Positions 59,537 to 64,000 of a stretch of 64,000 bases of DNA are shown here, piece after piece; positions within the stretch are counted from its first letter, which is position 1; every line of letters starts with the position of its first letter. The notes under the pieces are model-generated. The model was not told where the DNA came from, made no database searches, and saw nothing but the letters and a program-made list of their open reading frames with translations. The stretch is from Alphaproteobacteria bacterium (GTDB lineage: Bacteria; Pseudomonadota; Alphaproteobacteria; UBA828): NCBI GenBank assembly GCA_965220745.1, contig CBDCQT010000012.1:4661-68660 (forward strand). Reading direction: 5' to 3'. The position numbers and the translations under genes were made by a program.

Positions 59537-60412
59537 CTACTGAGCCGGTTTCTCGGGCTGGGAATCCAGTGCACGTTCTGCCAGCTTTAGCGCCCCTAGC
59601 ATGTCCTCTCGCAGGAACTTCATGTAATTCTCGAATACTTCCTGTGTCCATTCTGGCCCCGACAAAAGGCTCATCATGAATTGCTTTATTGTAGGATCAG
59701 TTTCATCTTCAATAGTTTGAGGTTTTTCGGCCTCCTCTATTGTGTTTCTAACCATACGCAACACTGAAGCTCTCGATTTAGCTCGCGGCTTACGCTCTGC
59801 AGATGAATACAGACTTGTTGTTCCCCATCTTTCTCCCTTAAAGTACTTAAGTCTATCCTTGGCACTCAAATTGAGACTCCGAAATTTGAATCCAGATACT
59901 TTCTCCTTTGCAATTGCTTCTACGATTTCTCTTTGAGTAATGATGCTTGGAAAGCTGGCCTTCATTCCAGTCAGGCGAAAGGCTAATACGACAGATCTCC
60001 CAACAAGATCAAAATGCTCTCCATTTTCGTCGGTCACCTTAGTCAACAAGGCGTCGTGCTCCACCGTTATACCATGCTTCAGCCGGAATCGAGTTTCTCC
60101 ACTAACTCCCAGGCCAGTTACATTATTCATTACTGTGATTTGCTTGCTAATTGTGACGATTCTTGCGGCCTGACATCCTAGCTCCCTGTGCAACTCAATC
60201 GGAAACCACGCTAAAAATCCGTCCCCTGTCCACTTGACGAATCGGCCACCGGCTGCATTTACGGCCAACTTACCCAACCAATGTAGCCTTTGGAAATATT
60301 CCTCTACAGCTTGTGCAGACTCATTCTCGTAAAGATATTTTGAGGAGTTCTGAATGTCACAAACCCAAACGATCCCCCGCCCGCGCTCAAATGTAAACTT
60401 GGTCTCCTTCAT
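59537..60412 (-). CDS. class III nucleotidyl cyclase-like protein with uncharacterised C-terminal extension, in AT-rich islet
   Basis: Cyclase-homology-domain pattern: GIVWVCDIQNSSKY (first metal Asp), GGRFVKWTGDGFLAWF (second metal Asp), RLKHGITVEHDALL...FDLVGRSVVLAFRLTG (G..V..A.R region). 291 aa. GC content and codon usage are unlike the neighbours. Confidence 0.7.
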   Translation of the reverse strand: MKETKFTFERGRGIVWVCDIQNSSKYLYENESAQAVEEYFQRLHWLGKLAVNAAGGRFVKWTGDGFLAWFPIELHRELGCQAARIVTISKQITVMNNVTGLGVSGETRFRLKHGITVEHDALLTKVTDENGEHFDLVGRSVVLAFRLTGMKASFPSIITQREIVEAIAKEKVSGFKFRSLNLSAKDRLKYFKGERWGTTSLYSSAERKPRAKSRASVLRMVRNTIEEAEKPQTIEDETDPTIKQFMMSLLSGPEWTQEVFENYMKFLREDMLGALKLAERALDSQPEKPAQ

Positions 60413-60637
60413 TTCTCAACGCGTCTCCAAACTTCCACTTGTTCTGTGGCGAAATATCAAGACTAGCTTTTCGGGCACTATCACTTTCAGTGGTCGAATT
60501 CTCGAACTGGGTCATTTTCTGCCAAGTGCACACGGCCCTCACCCAGGCCGTACACTGGTTGGTGTCGAAGAGTTATTGGTTCCTCGCCATAAATTGAGTG
60601 CCGCCTGACCCCGCGACAGGGACTCGACGCCTGGTAT

Positions 60638-60802
60638 TCACTTCGCCAACTGCTTCAGCACCTCGCGGTCGTCGCGCATGATCTCCTCGGCCAGCGCCTC
60701 CTGGCGAGCATCGTCGGACTCATTCGAGGGCAGCCGCTGATCCTCGCCCGGCGTCTTGGGCAGATCGGGCAAATCGCCTTTCTTCACCTTGCTACTCATC
60801 AT
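60638..60802 (-). CDS. possible 54-aa protein translationally coupled to aspS
   Basis: The ATG overlaps the aspS TGA (ATGA): [54 protein letters not shown]. Host-like GC content. Below the track cutoff. Confidence 0.3.
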   Translation of the reverse strand: MMSSKVKKGDLPDLPKTPGEDQRLPSNESDDARQEALAEEIMRDDREVLKQLAK

Positions 60803-62589
60803 CCTTCTCCCTGCTTTGGCGGCAGGTCGAGCTTGAGGCTCAGCTCCTTGAGGTGCTTGTCGGGCACGGTCGCAGGTGCCCCCATCATCAGGTCCTGCGC
60901 CGTCTGGTTGAGTGGGAACATGATGACCTCGCGGATGTTGGGCTCGTCCGAGAGCAGCATGACGATCCGGTCGATCCCAGGCGCGATGCCGCCGTGGGGT
61001 GGCGCGCCGTACTGGAAGGCATGGTAGAGCGCGCCGAAGCGGCGCTTCACCTCGTCCTCACCGTAGCCCGCGATCTCGAACGCCTTGACCATCAGATCGG
61101 GCTGGTGATTGCGGATCGCACCGCTGGAAAGCTCCACGCCGTTGCAGACGATATCGTACTGGTAGGCCAGCACGCTGAGCGGATCGTCGCTCTCCAGCGC
61201 CTCCATCCCGCCTTGCGGCATGGAGAAGGGGTTGTGGCTGAAGCCGATGGCGCCGGTCTGCTCGTCGCGCTCGAACATCGGGTAGTCGACGATCCAGCAG
61301 AACGCGAACCTGTCCTCGTCGATGAGCTCCAGCCGCGTGCCGAGTTCCAGCCTCACGGCCCCGGCATAGCGCGCGGCTGCGGCCGGCCTGTCGCAGCTCA
61401 GAAACACCGCATCGCCGTCCTCGAGGCCCGCGATCGTGCGAATCTCCTCCTGCACCGCCTCCGGCACGAACTTCGCGATCGGCCCCTTGCCGGCGCCGTC
61501 GGCAAAGGTGATGTAGCCGAGGCCGGGCGCGCCCAGGTCTTGGGCGAACCCGATCATCCGGTCGAAGAAGCTGCGCGGCTGGTCCGCGATCCCCTTCACC
61601 GGAATGCCGCGCACGACGCCCCCCTTCGCAATGGTGCCCTTGAAGGCCTTGAACGTCACCTCCTCGCGCCCGAACTGCTCGGTGAGGTCGACGATCTCGA
61701 TGGGGATGCGCAGGTCCGGCTTGTCCGTGCCGAAGCGCAGCATCGCGTCCTTGTAGGCGAAGCGCGGGAACGGCGGTTTGGTGACCGCGCGCTCGGTGAA
61801 CTCCGTGAAGACGCCGTGCATCACCGGTTCCAGCGCGTCGAACACGTCCTCCTGCTCGACGAACGCCATCTCGACATCGAGCTGGTAGAACTCGCCGGGG
61901 GAGCGGTCGGCGCGCGCGTCCTCGTCGCGGAAGCAGGGCGCGATCTGAAAGTAGCGGTCGAAGCCGGACGCCATCACCAGCTGCTTGAACTGCTGCGGCG
62001 CCTGCGGCAGCGCGTAGAAGGTTCCGGGATGCAGCCGGCTCGGCACCAGGAAATCCCGCGCGCCCTCGGGCGAGCTCGCGGTGAGAATTGGCGTGTGGCA
62101 TTCCATGAAGCCCTGCTCGACCATGTGCCGGCGGATGCTGGCGACGATGGCGCTTCGGCGCACCATGTTCTGGTGCATGCGCTCGCGCCTGAGGTCGAGG
62201 AAGCGGTAGCGGAGCCGCACCTCCTCGCCATAGTCGTGCTCGCCGTGAACCGGCAACGGCAGGGTCTCGGCCGCGTTCTGCACCTGGAGCTCGGCGATCC
62301 GCACCTCGACCTCGCCGGTGGGAATCTTGGGGTTCACGGTCTCAGCGTCGCGCGTCACCACCGGGCCGGTCAGGGTCACCACCGTCTCGGGCTTGAACGC
62401 CGTCACCGCATCGAACAGCGGCTCGCCGCTCTCGGCAACGCACTGGGTGATGCCGTAGTGGTCGCGCAGGTCCACGAAGACGAGATGGCCGTGATCGCGC
62501 ACCCGATGGACCCAGCCGGAGAGGCGCACGGTCGAGCCGACATCGGACGGCCTGAGCGCGCCGCAGGTATGCGTTCGGAATCGATGCAT
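60799..62589 (-). CDS. aspS: aspartate--tRNA ligase
   Basis: Start [18 protein letters not shown]... OB-fold, then class II motifs ...[19 protein letters not shown]... and ...[12 protein letters not shown]... Confidence 0.95.
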   Translation of the reverse strand: MHRFRTHTCGALRPSDVGSTVRLSGWVHRVRDHGHLVFVDLRDHYGITQCVAESGEPLFDAVTAFKPETVVTLTGPVVTRDAETVNPKIPTGEVEVRIAELQVQNAAETLPLPVHGEHDYGEEVRLRYRFLDLRRERMHQNMVRRSAIVASIRRHMVEQGFMECHTPILTASSPEGARDFLVPSRLHPGTFYALPQAPQQFKQLVMASGFDRYFQIAPCFRDEDARADRSPGEFYQLDVEMAFVEQEDVFDALEPVMHGVFTEFTERAVTKPPFPRFAYKDAMLRFGTDKPDLRIPIEIVDLTEQFGREEVTFKAFKGTIAKGGVVRGIPVKGIADQPRSFFDRMIGFAQDLGAPGLGYITFADGAGKGPIAKFVPEAVQEEIRTIAGLEDGDAVFLSCDRPAAAARYAGAVRLELGTRLELIDEDRFAFCWIVDYPMFERDEQTGAIGFSHNPFSMPQGGMEALESDDPLSVLAYQYDIVCNGVELSSGAIRNHQPDLMVKAFEIAGYGEDEVKRRFGALYHAFQYGAPPHGGIAPGIDRIVMLLSDEPNIREVIMFPLNQTAQDLMMGAPATVPDKHLKELSLKLDLPPKQGEG

Positions 62590-62723
62590 GGCGGGAGGCC
62601 CCGTGGTGCGTGAGGTGGTGGGTGATGCCCGGAGCGGGCCGAGCCGGGCCGGAAAAGCGCACGGAACCGGACGCCTTGTCAAGCGCCGCTCCAGGCCGGC
62701 GCCGCGGCGCCGCTCAAGTCACG

Positions 62724-63500
62724 TCAATGCAGCGTCGCGATGTCCTCGGCGGTCTCCTCGCCGGGCTGCTTGCCGAGAATGATCATGCTCAGCACCTGAT
62801 CCTTGGTGACCTCGGCGGTGCGGTGGGTGCCGATCTGGCGGCCGTTCGTCATCACCGTGATCCGGTCCGACAGATCGAACACGTCGTGGATGTCGTGGGA
62901 GATCAGGACCATGCCGATCCCCTCCGACTTGAGCCGGATCACCAGCTCCTTGAAGACCGCGGTCTCGCGGTGCCCGAGGGCAGCGGTTGGCTCGTCCATG
63001 ATCAGGACCTTGGTGTCGAAATAGAGCGCCCGCCCGATGGCCACCGACTGGCGCTGGCCGCCGGAGAGCCGCTGCACCGGCTCGCGCAGGTTGACGAAGT
63101 TGGGGTTGATGCGGGCGATGACCTCGCGGGTGGCCTTCTCCATGGCGTTGCCGTCGAGGGTCGCCCAGCGGGTCATGATCTCGCGGCCGAGAAACAGATT
63201 GGCGACCGCGTCGAGATGGTCGGCCAGCGCCAAGTCCTGATAGAGCGTCTCGATGCCGAGGTCCCTGGCGTCGCGGGGATTGTGGATCGAGACCTTCTCG
63301 CCCTGCATGTAGATCTCGCCGCTGTCCATGCGGTAGGCGCCGGCGAGAATCTTGATGAGCGTCGACTTGCCGGCCCCGTTGTGGCCGACGACACCGAGCA
63401 CCTCGCCGCCCTGGACCGTGACCGAGACATCCTCGACCGCGTGGGTGCCGCCGAAGCTCTTGTAGATGTTGCGCATCTCGATCAGCGGCGGCGCGCTCAT
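62724..63500 (-). CDS. ABC transporter ATP-binding protein (single-domain, sugar/CUT2-like)
   Basis: Walker [10 protein letters not shown], signature LSGGQRQS, Walker [12 protein letters not shown]. No permease or binding-protein gene is adjacent in this window. Confidence 0.85.
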   Translation of the reverse strand: MSAPPLIEMRNIYKSFGGTHAVEDVSVTVQGGEVLGVVGHNGAGKSTLIKILAGAYRMDSGEIYMQGEKVSIHNPRDARDLGIETLYQDLALADHLDAVANLFLGREIMTRWATLDGNAMEKATREVIARINPNFVNLREPVQRLSGGQRQSVAIGRALYFDTKVLIMDEPTAALGHRETAVFKELVIRLKSEGIGMVLISHDIHDVFDLSDRITVMTNGRQIGTHRTAEVTKDQVLSMIILGKQPGEETAEDIATLH

Positions 63501-63609
63501 CGTGTCTCCCTGCGGGTCAGGCGACGTCGTACTGACGGGATATTCTCGAAAGCACTCCCGCGCCGGTCAAGCACCCGCCAATCCCCGCCGCGCGGAACGT
63601 CCGCCCAAC

Positions 63610-64000
63610 CTACTGAGCCGCGTCGCCTTCCTTGAATTGCTCGATGGCCTCCGCCAGTTCCTCGGTCTCTTCGCAGGACGCGCAGATGTCCTGCAGGGTC
63701 GCGAGGTGCCCCTCGGCCTTGGCCAGATCGCCGACCATCAGGTAGGCCTCGCCGATGTACTCGTGGGCGCCCAAGTGCTTCGGATCGAGGTCGAGCGCCC
63801 GCCCATAATTCTCGAACGCTTCGTCGAGCCGGTCGAGATGGCGATAGCTGTAGGCGAGCAGGTTGAACACGTCCGCGTTGCGCGGGTTGGACTCGGCCGC
63901 GCGTTCGAGAAACGCGGCAGCGCGCTCCCAGTTGCCGGCCTCGATCGCCTGCTTGCCGCGCTCGATGTTGCGCTGGTCGGCCTGGGACGCTGCGTTGCTC
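63610..64000 (-). CDS. TPR repeat protein, 5' end outside window
   Basis: The frame is open to the window edge. ...AIEAGNWERAAAFLERAAESNPRNADVFNLLAYSYRHLDRLDEAFENYGRALDLDPKHLGAHEYIGEAYLMVGDLAKAEGHL... shows TPR consensus spacing. Confidence 0.6.
   Translation of the reverse strand, partial: SNAASQADQRNIERGKQAIEAGNWERAAAFLERAAESNPRNADVFNLLAYSYRHLDRLDEAFENYGRALDLDPKHLGAHEYIGEAYLMVGDLAKAEGHLATLQDICASCEETEELAEAIEQFKEGDAAQ

Overview
High-GC bacterial chromosomal window, most consistent with an alphaproteobacterium: it carries a DUF1476/zeta ATPase-inhibitor gene, a class II DAHP synthase, a Grx4-BolA pair and a purC-purS-purQ-purL layout. It has three parts. (1) 1-22.5 kb is an accessory catabolic region. 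It holds FAD oxidoreductases, two PhyH-type dioxygenases, five small cupin genes, an acyl-CoA-dehydrogenase-fold protein, an AAA-less FtsH-type M41 peptidase, a GT1 glycosyltransferase and a Liv-type ABC importer. It also holds a trimethylamine-dehydrogenase-family flavoprotein and two tandem glutamine-synthetase-like ligases. An IS3-family element has split a small NTF2-like gene inside this cluster. (2) 22.6-34.6 kb is a mobile-element graveyard. It contains a partial and a complete IS630-family copy in inverted orientation, an IS630-related MITE, an IS4-like transposase fragment and an outer-membrane-protein 3' fragment. It also contains a relaxase fragment, a frameshifted DUF4384-like remnant, a truncated IS21 istA, and a truncated IS3-family copy abutting a full one. 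Its most unusual feature is four head-to-tail tyrosine-recombinase genes arranged as two diverged copies of a translationally coupled two-integrase module. (3) 34.8-64 kb is mostly core housekeeping: gor, DAHP synthase, nadE, cysS, rpsD, grxD, bolA, purLQSC and aspS. This part is interrupted by two AT-rich single-gene insertions. One is a 1.8-kb insert flanked by 35-bp direct repeats that duplicate the 3' end of a cupin gene. The other is a 1.1-kb islet encoding an orphan class III nucleotidyl-cyclase-like protein. A Doc/RHH toxin-antitoxin pair is also present. I saw no rRNA, tRNA or CRISPR array. Many long ORFs in the track are antisense or shadow frames typical of high-GC DNA and are not called.
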